DNA of 26,687 bases from a virus (taxonomy: Duplodnaviria > Caudoviricetes). A model generated the notes under the pieces. That model was not told the DNA's origin. It did not search any database and saw nothing but the letters and a program-made list of their open reading frames with translations. Shown piece after piece: positions 1-8,415 of this stretch (positions within the stretch are counted from its first letter, which is position 1; each line of letters opens with the position of its first letter). Location of the stretch: positions 1-26,687 of the IMG/VR virus record IMGVR_UViG_3300043409_002111; one strand, 5' to 3'. The translations under genes were made by a program, and so were the position numbers.

Positions 1-610
1 CTCTGTACTCATCGCGACGACGACGGCCCTGTTGTTCAATGCCCAAGCCCTGTATGGCCTGCTGATAACTATCAGTGAAATATTTTAACATTTCTAACGG
101 GCCTTTTGTATAACTGTATGCCTGCACTAAACACGCATAAAGCAATGCTTCCGGAGCGTTTAAGCTTACCCATGTCGTGGTGTTGGTTGAAGAAATCTGG
201 GCAGGACGATAGATGTAACCAATCTCTGCGGCATAGTTACCGTTTGGCGTAGGGGCGAGGTAGAACGTGTTTTGGTCCCACACTGAAAAGTATTTTGGAA
301 CCCCTGTTACCGCACCATCCGGCCAATACTCTTTCATAAAGGATGTATCACGAAAGTCTAAAAACACCACATCGCCATTTACGGTAATCATTAGATAGCG
401 GTGGGTCAGTATATTAGACGGGGCGGTCAGGAACTTATTGCCTGTACTAAGCGTACCCGCAGACTCAACCTTGAAAACGTCAAGGTCAATATCGCGCAGG
501 ATTTTGTTCTCCGCCATCGTAATAAAGGTGTTTATCACCGATTCGCTGAAGACATTGCTGCCTACTTCAGTGTAGTTCCGTATGTTAGTAACTAGCTCGT
601 CATAAGTCAT
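1..610 (-). CDS. Head-tail adaptor / tail tubular-type protein (partial, runs off window start; not in ORF track)
   Basis: Hand translation from ATG at 610 (ATGA overlap with the upstream stop): MTYDELVTNIRNYTEV...AENKILRDID...GVPKYFSVWDQNTFYLAPTPN...APEALLYACLVQAY..., open to position 1. Same PxY...YL(A/Y)P(T/A) architecture as the 962..1627 adaptor. Confidence 0.75.
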   Translation of the reverse strand, partial: MTYDELVTNIRNYTEVGSNVFSESVINTFITMAENKILRDIDLDVFKVESAGTLSTGNKFLTAPSNILTHRYLMITVNGDVVFLDFRDTSFMKEYWPDGAVTGVPKYFSVWDQNTFYLAPTPNGNYAAEIGYIYRPAQISSTNTTTWVSLNAPEALLYACLVQAYSYTKGPLEMLKYFTDSYQQAIQGLGIEQQGRRRRDEYR

Positions 611-960
611 GGTGTGATCACTATAGTTACTGTCCCAACACTGCCAACACCCTCTACTGGGCGCTGTGTTGGAAAGGGTTGCATGTTATTGGTGTCGGAG
701 GCACTTCCGATACTCTGGAACGCAGAGTATCCCGGTAATCCTAAGTATACTACTACTGGTTCAATACGGTCTGGACGCGGATCACGGAGTGCAATGGCAT
801 CCCCTCTGTACTTTAAGGGGAATAGCTGTGGTTCTTTTGGCTCATAATCTTCAGGGCATACCATGAAGCCGCGCCAGTTCTTCCGTAAGACACTGTAGGG
901 ATACCGCTGCCCGCAAGTATCGCAGAGGCCGAACGAGAACTTTCCACTTGCGAATGCCAT
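607..960 (-). CDS. Conserved phage neck-region protein with zinc-ribbon-like motif
   Basis: CDTCG...VCPEDYEPKEPQL motif; tightly packed between two adaptor genes. Confidence 0.65.
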   Translation of the reverse strand: MAFASGKFSFGLCDTCGQRYPYSVLRKNWRGFMVCPEDYEPKEPQLFPLKYRGDAIALRDPRPDRIEPVVVYLGLPGYSAFQSIGSASDTNNMQPFPTQRPVEGVGSVGTVTIVITP

Positions 961-961
961 C

Positions 962-1627
962 TCATCTCCCGAAATCAGGAACGAAGTGGACGCTCGCTGT
1001 GTCTCTGTCTTCTAGTGCAGCTCGCTGGAAATCTTCTTCGTAAAACTGCTTTAATGCAGCTACACGATCAGGCGTGTATTTTAGCGCCAGCATATACGCC
1101 AAGCCAGAGGCTAGACAAGGAAGAAATCGATAATTAACGTCGGAGGTATTGGTGTAATCTCCGGCATCTTGAATGCGTCGGATCCTGTAATAGACAAACG
1201 AATACGATTGGTCTGAGGCGGGGTACAGGTAAACCAATGTTGGGTTTGACCGCTGTACGTAGTACTGCGCGGGACGCGCCTGCGTGAGCTTGTTAGGAAG
1301 GTTTAAATACTCCTCCCGGCTAATGCGGTCCATCGATATGTCTTGCTGCTGGCCACCCGTTGTTACTCGAATAACGGCAGACAACACATTGATGGTGTCG
1401 CTGGCCAAAGTAAGTTCACGGGATCCCTGCACCACGGCGTAGGTCGCCTGCTCAATGGTCCACAGGTTTAATCCCCGGTTGGCCCAATCCAGAAACAACA
1501 GGTTGAGAGACCGACGTGCGCTGGAGAGCTGATAACCATTGGTCATCCGCATCCCACAACGCTCGAACGCCTCCTCGACGAGATCGTCGATAGAAAGCGT
1601 AAAGTCAGTCGTCCCAGAAGTTGCCAT
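962..1627 (-). CDS. Head-tail adaptor protein
   Basis: MATSGT..F...DDLVEEAFERCG...ARRSLNLLFLDWANRGLNLW and RPAQYY...YLYP motifs typical of adaptors in this phage type; located downstream of capsid. Confidence 0.75.
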   Translation of the reverse strand: MATSGTTDFTLSIDDLVEEAFERCGMRMTNGYQLSSARRSLNLLFLDWANRGLNLWTIEQATYAVVQGSRELTLASDTINVLSAVIRVTTGGQQQDISMDRISREEYLNLPNKLTQARPAQYYVQRSNPTLVYLYPASDQSYSFVYYRIRRIQDAGDYTNTSDVNYRFLPCLASGLAYMLALKYTPDRVAALKQFYEEDFQRAALEDRDTASVHFVPDFGR

Positions 1628-2031
1628 TACGCATAACCGCCTTTGCGCATCATTTTCCCAACCATACCGCCCATGTTTTTCTTCTTAGCGTCTACCTGCC
1701 CTGTGTTACGCATTTTTTCTTTAATCTCTTTTGCAGTCAGCTTGCGCTTCGGAGCCATAGATGTGCGTGGGGGTGGGGTAGTCGATATAGCTTCTGGATT
1801 AACCGCATCAAGTGGTCGGCGAGGTCTTCCAGTAACAGCACCTCCTTCAGCCATGGCTTTCTTGCCCATCGCCATGCGCTTGTGCTGATTAACCGCACCG
1901 CCTTTCGCCATCATCGGAATGCCCGTTGATTTACCTGCGGGGTTATTTTCCATTCTATTCTTTGGTCCTGATGTTACTGCTCCGCCACCTTGAGTAGCAG
2001 CTCCCATTCCGCGTCCAGCCATGTTAGTCAC
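1627..2031 (-). CDS. Small basic Met/Lys/Gly-rich protein with multiple GG motifs (putative internal virion protein)
   Basis: GRGMGAAT N-terminal motif; MAKGGAV, MAEGGAV, NMGGMV, MRKGGY; TAATG coupling to the next gene. True start may be the ATG of MAGRG. Confidence 0.7.
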   Translation of the reverse strand: MTNMAGRGMGAATQGGGAVTSGPKNRMENNPAGKSTGIPMMAKGGAVNQHKRMAMGKKAMAEGGAVTGRPRRPLDAVNPEAISTTPPPRTSMAPKRKLTAKEIKEKMRNTGQVDAKKKNMGGMVGKMMRKGGYA

Positions 2032-2041
2032 CTGTCAGTTG

Positions 2042-2311
2042 TTAGCATTTCCACCGTTTACGAGCTTGGCGTAAACGACTATTAGGGTCTTTTGCGGCAT
2101 CAGGGAACTGTTTCATCTGTCCTGCAGACCGCGCACAATACGACTTTCTTCTCTTTGCCTCCGCCGGAGACGGCTTATCTGCAGTGACAGCAGTTTTTAA
2201 CTTGCTGCCGGGGTTGGCATTACGATATGCCTTTACCCCTTTCGCTGTCATGCCTGCACCCGACTTTGTGGGCCGGAAGTTTCCAGATTTGACGGAAGTC
2301 TTAATTTCCAT
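2042..2311 (-). CDS. Small basic phage protein (DUF6321-like, from recollection)
   Basis: GMTAKGVKAYR..NPGSKLKTAVT...RRKSYCARS...DPNSRLRQARKRWKC pattern. Confidence 0.7.
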   Translation of the reverse strand: MEIKTSVKSGNFRPTKSGAGMTAKGVKAYRNANPGSKLKTAVTADKPSPAEAKRRKSYCARSAGQMKQFPDAAKDPNSRLRQARKRWKC

Positions 2312-2385
2312 TACCTGAATCCCGCTGTTTTCTTTGCAATCTTTTTAGGTTGTGCTACAAACTGTTTTCCAGCTTTGTCTTTTTC
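2311..2385 (-). pseudogene. Probable 3' remnant of a small basic phage gene
   Basis: Reads EKDKAGKQFVAQPKKIAKKTAGFR* with its TAA overlapping the next ATG (TAATG), but the ATG at 2387 is in a different frame (MKKTKLENSL*). Confidence 0.45.
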
Positions 2386-2386
2386 A

Positions 2387-2605
2387 TTAACGGCTTCTGC
2401 TAGGCGCTTTACGCATTGTGCCTTTTTTAACAACCTTAGCCTTAGCCTTCATAGCAGGACTAACCTTGCCGCCTTTCGCGTACTGTCGGGGAACGCCCGG
2501 TACTAGGGATCCCGGAGTGCCTGTCATCGGCATTGACGGTTTCGGTGCTGGGCCAGTTCTACCCGGCATAGGCCGCATTGGTCTTTTTGGTGGGGTCATC
2601 ATCAT
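2387..2605 (-). CDS. Small Pro/Met/Lys-rich protein with GG motif
   Basis: GGAG Shine-Dalgarno upstream; YAKGGKV motif; co-oriented in the late operon. Confidence 0.65.
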   Translation of the reverse strand: MMMTPPKRPMRPMPGRTGPAPKPSMPMTGTPGSLVPGVPRQYAKGGKVSPAMKAKAKVVKKGTMRKAPSRSR

Positions 2606-2623
2606 ACGCTTCTCCGTTGTTTA

Positions 2624-3220
2624 TTAAACAAACCTGCCCTTAGTCTTGCCTCTGATAGCACAACCATCGCCGCGAGTTACGCCACTTTTTGCACGTTTAG
2701 GCGCAGAGGTAACACTGCCACCTTTTTTAAAAGCGGACCTAGTCCGATGATACGTTCTACCAAGTGAGGTCTGATAGTTTGCCTCTTGTTGTGCCGCCCT
2801 ATTTGCCGCAGTAGCGGCTTTGGCTGCCGCTGTCCCCGGACGCATTGCTTCAAGCGTTGCAAGATTTTTTGCCTCATTGTAGGCTTCTTTCCCGGCCTCG
2901 GTAGTATAAGGTTTAGGAGCCTGTCCCTTTGCAATAGCTCTTGCATTCCCCCTTGCGACTTTTTCATCACCGCTTAGTTTCGGGTCTAAACCGCGTGAAG
3001 CACGGCTTGCGTTTTTTGCGGCAAAGTTTGCAGCTTCCTTATCGGATTGATATGCGTCTTTTGCAGCCTGAGTCGGTGCCCGACCAAGCTCGTCACGCAT
3101 AGGTTTAGCCACTTCTGGTGCCTTTCCAAGCGCAGCACGGTTTGCAGCTTGTTTCGCCCGCCTAGCTTGTTCCTCTTGATAGAGAAGCTTATATCTTTCT
3201 GCCCCTGTTATTGTCGCCAT
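2624..3220 (-). CDS. Ala/Lys-rich protein with GG motif and RGDG..RGKTKG C-terminus (putative internal virion protein)
   Basis: GAGGA RBS; FKKGGSV and terminal RGDGCAIRGKTKGRFV; internal semi-repeat PTQAAKDAY / PYTTEAGKEAY. Confidence 0.7.
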   Translation of the reverse strand: MATITGAERYKLLYQEEQARRAKQAANRAALGKAPEVAKPMRDELGRAPTQAAKDAYQSDKEAANFAAKNASRASRGLDPKLSGDEKVARGNARAIAKGQAPKPYTTEAGKEAYNEAKNLATLEAMRPGTAAAKAATAANRAAQQEANYQTSLGRTYHRTRSAFKKGGSVTSAPKRAKSGVTRGDGCAIRGKTKGRFV

Positions 3221-3234
3221 ATTAGTATCCTCGG

Positions 3235-3711
3235 TTATTGGTTAGCAACCACGTAAGCGCCATCTTCTAACGGCTCATAGCGTAGGTAATGCCGCCATGT
3301 TCCGGTAGTGGAACCAACGGCAATGGTTATCTTAAGGGTTCCTGCTGGAACTCGTACACCGCGTGAGGCGGTGTTAAGCAGCACACCCGAGGCTCCCTGA
3401 CCGGGGCTTTCGCCCAGTGCCGAAGCACTTACCAGTATCACGGCGTAGCCCGAAACAGTATTAGCCAGTGTAGTTGAAGCACCAGACAAGTTAGTAGTCA
3501 ATGGACTTGCCGCAGCCGTAGTAAACTTCCACAACAATGTCGATGCAGTAGCGTTATTGGCCGTTACACACTCCGACACAAGGCTAACAATCTGTATGCT
3601 ACCTGTAACGGTAAACAACGTATCGTCAGTCACCATTACTTTAGCGCCAGTTTTTACCGTATGGTCGCTACTGGTTAATCCTGCCACTGCTTCATTGATT
3701 ATGACTGTCAT
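3235..3711 (-). CDS. Hypothetical beta-rich virion protein
   Basis: Thr/Ser/Val-rich ORF in the late operon, 3 nt from the upstream stop. Confidence 0.6.
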   Translation of the reverse strand: MTVIINEAVAGLTSSDHTVKTGAKVMVTDDTLFTVTGSIQIVSLVSECVTANNATASTLLWKFTTAAASPLTTNLSGASTTLANTVSGYAVILVSASALGESPGQGASGVLLNTASRGVRVPAGTLKITIAVGSTTGTWRHYLRYEPLEDGAYVVANQ

Positions 3712-3714
3712 AAA

Positions 3715-4029
3715 TTATGCCTTCATGTAAACAGTGACGGTGCCATTTGACGTGACTTGCGTAGTCCGCGCACGATAGAACTCATAGCTGGTATACGCAA
3801 AAAACGCATCCGAAGAGGGTGACGTTGTTAAGGCCAGCGTAATAGTCCCAAGGGTGACATAGTTAGTGCCATCGTTGCTGACCTCAATAACTATACTGGC
3901 TGTTCCGGTGGAGGAGGACATAACGCCAACCGCTTGAAAGCTGCGATTAACAAACAAGTCATTTGTTCCACGAATTTGAAACGCACTACCTGTAGCGGTA
4001 GTGGTGGCACTAAGCATCAATGTTGACAT
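3715..4029 (-). CDS. Small beta-sandwich-like virion (decoration/spike-type) protein
   Basis: Start reassigned to ATG 4029 (GGAGG RBS); IVIEVSNDGTNYVTL...FYRAR pattern. Confidence 0.6.
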   Translation of the reverse strand: MSTLMLSATTTATGSAFQIRGTNDLFVNRSFQAVGVMSSSTGTASIVIEVSNDGTNYVTLGTITLALTTSPSSDAFFAYTSYEFYRARTTQVTSNGTVTVYMKA

Positions 4030-4183
4030 CGTCTTCCTCCAGTTCCGGTGCGTCCAGTCTCCCAATCAACATTTTATAGGCGCTGACTGTGGCCTGAGCT
4101 TGAACTAAGAAAGTATTAGCCTTCTGTACTTCTCGTTCAAGCTCACGAAGCTCTGAATCCAGAAACTTTTTAGTTATCTGCAC
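4010..4183 (-). CDS. 57-aa coiled-coil protein (not in ORF track)
   Basis: GTG start 1 nt after the upstream stop; MQITKKFLDSELRELEREVQKANTFLVQAQATVSAYKMLIGRLDAPELEEDDVNIDA*; fills the gap and has heptad character. Confidence 0.65.
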   Translation of the reverse strand: MQITKKFLDSELRELEREVQKANTFLVQAQATVSAYKMLIGRLDAPELEEDDVNIDA

Positions 4184-4184
4184 G

Positions 4185-4772
4185 TTAGGCTACCGTTGAA
4201 ACCATGAGGTAGTAGGTGGTGCCGTTAGCACTCAATACAGGCATGGTGTGAGTAGCCGATGGAGTACCAACCGCTGCACGAAATGCACCCGCGACGTTAG
4301 GCGAAGGGACAGACATCATGTTGGCAAGGATTTTGGTGTTCGTGTTAGTCACACGAATGAACGCAGCGGTAGCTGGAACTGTGCAGTTAGCCGCCAGATC
4401 GCTATCCAAGTTCAGTACAGACAATGTGCCGCCGGGGTTAGCCAGAGCGCCCATGCCCAAAGTAGCGCGTATTGCGTTAGCCGCGCCGGAGATTGTACCG
4501 GGAGCGTCGATGGAGGTAGAGATGTGAGCACCGTTGATTGTGCCAGCAGCCGCAGCGCCTGCACCTGTTACAACAGAGAACGCACGGATCGTTTCACCAG
4601 AACCTGTAGAGGTAAAGGTAAGTTTGGAGTAGATCAGGCGGTTGTCGCCAGCGGCAGAAGTTGTGCCAAAGAAGCTAAGTTCGTTACCTGCAACGGTAAC
4701 TGGGGAAGCGGAAGTGCCGGAGCTGAAGCCGTTATCTGATACTACGGGGCCAGAAAAATGTGTAGCTGCCAT
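4185..4772 (-). CDS. Putative capsid decoration / head fibre protein
   Basis: N-terminal THFSGPVVS..GF motif commonly seen in the gene following this capsid type; Ala/Gly/Thr/Ser-rich; GAGGAG RBS. Confidence 0.6.
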   Translation of the reverse strand: MAATHFSGPVVSDNGFSSGTSASPVTVAGNELSFFGTTSAAGDNRLIYSKLTFTSTGSGETIRAFSVVTGAGAAAAGTINGAHISTSIDAPGTISGAANAIRATLGMGALANPGGTLSVLNLDSDLAANCTVPATAAFIRVTNTNTKILANMMSVPSPNVAGAFRAAVGTPSATHTMPVLSANGTTYYLMVSTVA

Positions 4773-5362
4773 TAGAGTTCTCCTCGTAAATGATTATATT
4801 TAAGTGCTAACTTACGAACGCTGCTTGTATCGATGCCCAAGACACGCCCGCGTTCAGCATATGACATATCTTGATTTTCTATTATAAACTTAGTCTTTGC
4901 AACAAATTCCGGGTTAGCAAAGTGCCGTGCTGTACTAATAACTTTTAATTTGTTGCGGTACTCGTCACTTTTGTAATTGAAGGTTGTATTCCGACGACCC
5001 TCTGAAATTCTTTTTCGAGATTCTGTACTATGTACCCTGCCCCGCATGGGTGATTTGGCAAAGTCTGCAATGTTGAAAAATACAGGCTCGTCAAACCATG
5101 CCTCTTTTGAGATAAACGCATTCTCAATAGTATCTAAATCATCAGTGTCCACACACTTTACTTCTAGGCTCCAGTCAAAAGCTCTTGAGCCATACTTCAG
5201 GTATGAATTCTGCAATCTAGGGTTAGGATGTTTTTTAAGATGCAGTAGTCGAAAGTGTTCACGAACACGTTTCTTAACCCGTTGCGATTGGCCTACATAA
5301 CAAGTCCCCGTAACAGTATTACGAATCTTGTAAATACCAATGTAGTCAACGGCATATGGCAT
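4772..5362 (-). CDS. GIY-YIG homing endonuclease with NUMOD3-like motif
   Basis: GIYKI...CYVGQS..VKKRVREH, later E and N residues; GRVHSTESRKRISE NUMOD3-like segment; HTH-like C-terminus. Confidence 0.9.
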   Translation of the reverse strand: MPYAVDYIGIYKIRNTVTGTCYVGQSQRVKKRVREHFRLLHLKKHPNPRLQNSYLKYGSRAFDWSLEVKCVDTDDLDTIENAFISKEAWFDEPVFFNIADFAKSPMRGRVHSTESRKRISEGRRNTTFNYKSDEYRNKLKVISTARHFANPEFVAKTKFIIENQDMSYAERGRVLGIDTSSVRKLALKYNHLRGEL

Positions 5363-5383
5363 AGACTAGCCCTCTGGAACTAG

Positions 5384-5411
5384 TTTATACCATGTTTTAA
5401 TAAAAGGGCAA
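5384..5411 (-). promoter_or_regulatory. Putative sigma70-type promoter downstream of the capsid terminator
   Basis: Minus strand TTGCCC-N16-TATAAA with a TGn extended -10, just upstream of the endonuclease start. Confidence 0.45.
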
Positions 5412-5412
5412 T

Positions 5413-5437
5413 AAAAAAGGGAGCCGAAGCTCCCTTT
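5413..5437 (-). terminator. Rho-independent terminator after major capsid gene
   Basis: Minus strand AAAGGGAGC-TTCG-GCTCCCTTT stem with a UUCG loop, running into a T tract. Confidence 0.9.
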
Positions 5438-5461
5438 AATTACTGCTTATGGATCAATGTC

Positions 5462-6367
5462 TTATGGAGTACCGGGTGAACCAAAAATACCTCTAAAGTC
5501 AGAATATCCAAAAGAATATCGCTCTCTTGCTTTATATCTAACGTTACCTGTATCGAAGTCACCTTCAAAACCAGTCTTGATCGATACCCTGTTGAACATT
5601 TTCATGCCATTTGGGGAGTCGGTCAAAATGAAAAACGCATCGGGGTCAGTCAGGTAATGGTTAACAGTGTAACCCTGTGGAACCATACCCATGTTTTTGA
5701 TTGCGTTGATGTCGTTATCTGCTGTACCAACACGCAGAGTGGACTTCAGGATACGATCAGCAGTGAACTGCAGTTCTTTTGGAACTACCAGCTTCAAGCC
5801 CTGTACAGCAATCTTCAATCCACGCTCATCGGTGAACGCAGCAATGTCAATCAATGCCTGTTCGAGTGAGGTTTCAGAAAGATCGGCAGGGGTTGCCAAC
5901 TCGTTGGCCACGTTACCCGACAAAGTAGGGTGATCCGTTGCACAAAGAGCTACACCATCACCACCAAGGGAGGTAGTAAACGCACCGTTCAGAATAGCCG
6001 CAGCTTTTATCTGTTTGGTGGTAGCCATGGAACGAGCCAAGGCTTTGGTATAACGGCCAGCCAGCTTGTCGTAAAGGTTATCTTCGATGGCTTCTTCGGT
6101 CAGACTGAAGGCTAGCGCGATAGTCTCATGGGTGTAGCGAGCAGTATAAACTTCCTGCGCACTATCGTAAGACACACCAGCGCCTTCATATTTAACAGGA
6201 GCTTCGCCAAATCCTGACAACATTACTTCTTCTTCAAATGCACGATCAGACGACTCAATGTCATAGATCTCAGCATGTTCGTTCATGTAGTTTTTATATT
6301 CCAAACCAAACAGGGCGTTAAGACCGGGTTCGAGTTCTTTTACTAATTGTGCGCGTGAAATTGCCAT
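5462..6367 (-). CDS. Major capsid protein (HK97 fold, Mu gpT-like family)
   Basis: MAISRAQLVKELEPGLNALFG N-terminus; SDRAFEEEV, FDTGNVRYKARERYSFG; AGGAG RBS; followed by a terminator. Confidence 0.92.
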   Translation of the reverse strand: MAISRAQLVKELEPGLNALFGLEYKNYMNEHAEIYDIESSDRAFEEEVMLSGFGEAPVKYEGAGVSYDSAQEVYTARYTHETIALAFSLTEEAIEDNLYDKLAGRYTKALARSMATTKQIKAAAILNGAFTTSLGGDGVALCATDHPTLSGNVANELATPADLSETSLEQALIDIAAFTDERGLKIAVQGLKLVVPKELQFTADRILKSTLRVGTADNDINAIKNMGMVPQGYTVNHYLTDPDAFFILTDSPNGMKMFNRVSIKTGFEGDFDTGNVRYKARERYSFGYSDFRGIFGSPGTP

Positions 6368-6391
6368 GGTTAGGCTCCTCTATGGGTTAGA

Positions 6392-6970
6392 TTAGGTACT
6401 TGCAACGCCGGGGCTGCCATAACGATGCTCATTGATCTTAACAACGACTTGGGCATTTGCACCCAGCTCGTTGTTTGGCAGGTCATACAGACCTACGATT
6501 TTAAGATTGAGAGCTGCGCCCGTTCCCTGACTAGAGAAGTCAAGGGTCATCGCGGAGACACCCGTAACAGTACTACCAGTAGTAGAACCTGTAACATCTG
6601 CGTTATTGCCTATCGCCGCACGAGTCATGGTGCCGTTTACCTGAATGCTAAACAACTGACTCGGGTCATCAATTACAGAGGCCTGAATAGAGCCTGATGT
6701 AATGTTGATGCTGCCCGGATAGTAGTTCTTCCAAGTAGGCTTCTGGGTGGTTGGATCGTTATAGAAGCAACCGTTAAATACGCCAACTGCACTAACATGT
6801 GTAGCAGGGGCAAATTTAACAAGATAGCCACCGACAAGTGTTACCAAGTCACCTTGGTAAATCGCACCTGCTTGGTTGTCGTCAATGGTGTAGCCGTACT
6901 GCTTCTGTGCGCCAGTGGCGGACAGGTTTCCTAGCGCCCGTAGGCCGTAGGGGTTGTTTACGTTAGCCAT
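6392..6970 (-). CDS. Capsid-associated (cement/minor head) protein
   Basis: MAN...PYGLR, AIYQGDLV, VGVFNGCFY, VIDDP motifs; immediately upstream of the capsid gene. Confidence 0.65.
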   Translation of the reverse strand: MANVNNPYGLRALGNLSATGAQKQYGYTIDDNQAGAIYQGDLVTLVGGYLVKFAPATHVSAVGVFNGCFYNDPTTQKPTWKNYYPGSINITSGSIQASVIDDPSQLFSIQVNGTMTRAAIGNNADVTGSTTGSTVTGVSAMTLDFSSQGTGAALNLKIVGLYDLPNNELGANAQVVVKINEHRYGSPGVAST

Positions 6971-6993
6971 AATATAGGTATCCTTTGAGTGAG

Positions 6994-7479
6994 TTATTTG
7001 GAAGCGTCTTGGCCGCCAATGCTTACACGCGACTGTCTTTCAGGCCTGTTGATCTTCATAGACGAATGTGCATTCGTCTTCAACAGGTCATTATCGGCAG
7101 CCTTTATCTGGTCATGAGTGCGCTCTTTGTAATATTGCCGACGCTCCTCTGCAGTCTCTTCAGGAATTCTCGCTAGTAAAAGACCGCCTACGCTGATAAC
7201 ACCTGCGTTTTTGCCGTCTTGTGGCGTTTGGCCTTGGAAGTCTGGATATTCGTCTGCACGAACCAGCTCATACCCCTCGCGGAGTTTTGATGCTACGTTC
7301 ATGCGGTCATCCATTCCGCCAGCCTCGGCCCTTATCCAACGATGTCTATATCCATCGGGAGCGGGAGGGGCATCCAAACGTGAAGGGGGTGCCCATGCTT
7401 TGCGCCGCGCAGTTCCTTCACGGGTTTCTTCCGTGCGTGGGCTGCGATTAAGTTTTGGTATTACGGGTGCAGTAGTCAT
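6994..7479 (-). CDS. Conserved head-module protein of unknown function
   Basis: WAPPSRLDAPPAPDGYRHRWIR...LREGYELVRADEYP...VGGLLLARIP; lies between scaffold and capsid. Confidence 0.7.
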   Translation of the reverse strand: MTTAPVIPKLNRSPRTEETREGTARRKAWAPPSRLDAPPAPDGYRHRWIRAEAGGMDDRMNVASKLREGYELVRADEYPDFQGQTPQDGKNAGVISVGGLLLARIPEETAEERRQYYKERTHDQIKAADNDLLKTNAHSSMKINRPERQSRVSIGGQDASK

Positions 7480-7483
7480 AGTC

Positions 7484-8404
7484 TTACTCCTTTACGTATT
7501 TGGCATATTCCTCAAGAGGAACGCCCAGTCTTTTTGCAATTGCAACTTGGCTCGGGCTTAGTCGAACCGTTCGGCGCGCAGAATTATTTACTCCCGACGA
7601 GCGGGTTGCAGGTGCTACCGTCTGCACGGGACGGTTATTCCTGTTGTCTTTTTGCATAGTCTGCTTAAGTTCTTTTGGAAAGATGCTTCGCATTCTACGA
7701 TCAATTTCATCATAGTACTCTTCTGACTGGGGGTCAAACCCTTCTTTTTGGACTAAGTCAAGGTGTATTCCCCTGACAGCCCCGGTCATTACAGTATTTG
7801 TACCAAACCATGCGTTACGCTCTGCCCACTCCTCGGCCTGCGGATCTACCGCCGGTTGAGCGGCAGTGTACTGCTGCTGGGGCAGTTTCTGCTGGTAGGT
7901 GTTTTGTGCGGGCGCTTGGGCCATGGACTGTTGACGGTAGTGCGTGGCCTCTGCCACACGCTGCTGGTCCATCAACATAGAGGTCAGGCGCTGTTGCGCC
8001 TCGGTCTCGGTGTCAATGTCGTACTCTTCACGCGCCTTCTTGATGATCTGCTTGAGAGCAACCATCTGCGTGTCAATACGGCCCTTAGCTTCGACAAGCC
8101 GCTCGGCATCTGAACGCTGGAATCGCTGTTCGAGTTCATTGGCCCTGTTCTGTACGTTACGTGCATACTCAACCGCTGCTTCCTCACGGCGCTGGGTCTC
8201 ACGCAAGCGGCCAGTCAACTTATCGATGCGCTTTTGCACCTTGTCGCCGTACTGATCCAGCTCATCCCGCTTATTAGCCGCTGTTTCTACAAGCGGCGCT
8301 TCTTCTTTGTCGGTGACAACAGCATTCTCGCCATTATCATCCATCTCAACCGTTGCAGGAACTTCATCGTCGCCAATCTTAAAGTCTAGTTCTTCGTTAC
8401 CCAT
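7484..8404 (-). CDS. Capsid scaffolding protein
   Basis: Acidic N-terminus, long coiled coil (VQKRIDKLT), W..RN.WFG, C-terminal LSPSQVAIAKRLGVPLEEYAK; position between portal and capsid. Confidence 0.75.
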   Translation of the reverse strand: MGNEELDFKIGDDEVPATVEMDDNGENAVVTDKEEAPLVETAANKRDELDQYGDKVQKRIDKLTGRLRETQRREEAAVEYARNVQNRANELEQRFQRSDAERLVEAKGRIDTQMVALKQIIKKAREEYDIDTETEAQQRLTSMLMDQQRVAEATHYRQQSMAQAPAQNTYQQKLPQQQYTAAQPAVDPQAEEWAERNAWFGTNTVMTGAVRGIHLDLVQKEGFDPQSEEYYDEIDRRMRSIFPKELKQTMQKDNRNNRPVQTVAPATRSSGVNNSARRTVRLSPSQVAIAKRLGVPLEEYAKYVKE

Positions 8405-8415
8405 GGTCTCTCCCC

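Noticed and set aside
4772-5362. Group I intron around the GIY-YIG gene
   Set aside because: The flanking genes are intact and there is no room for a ribozyme core.
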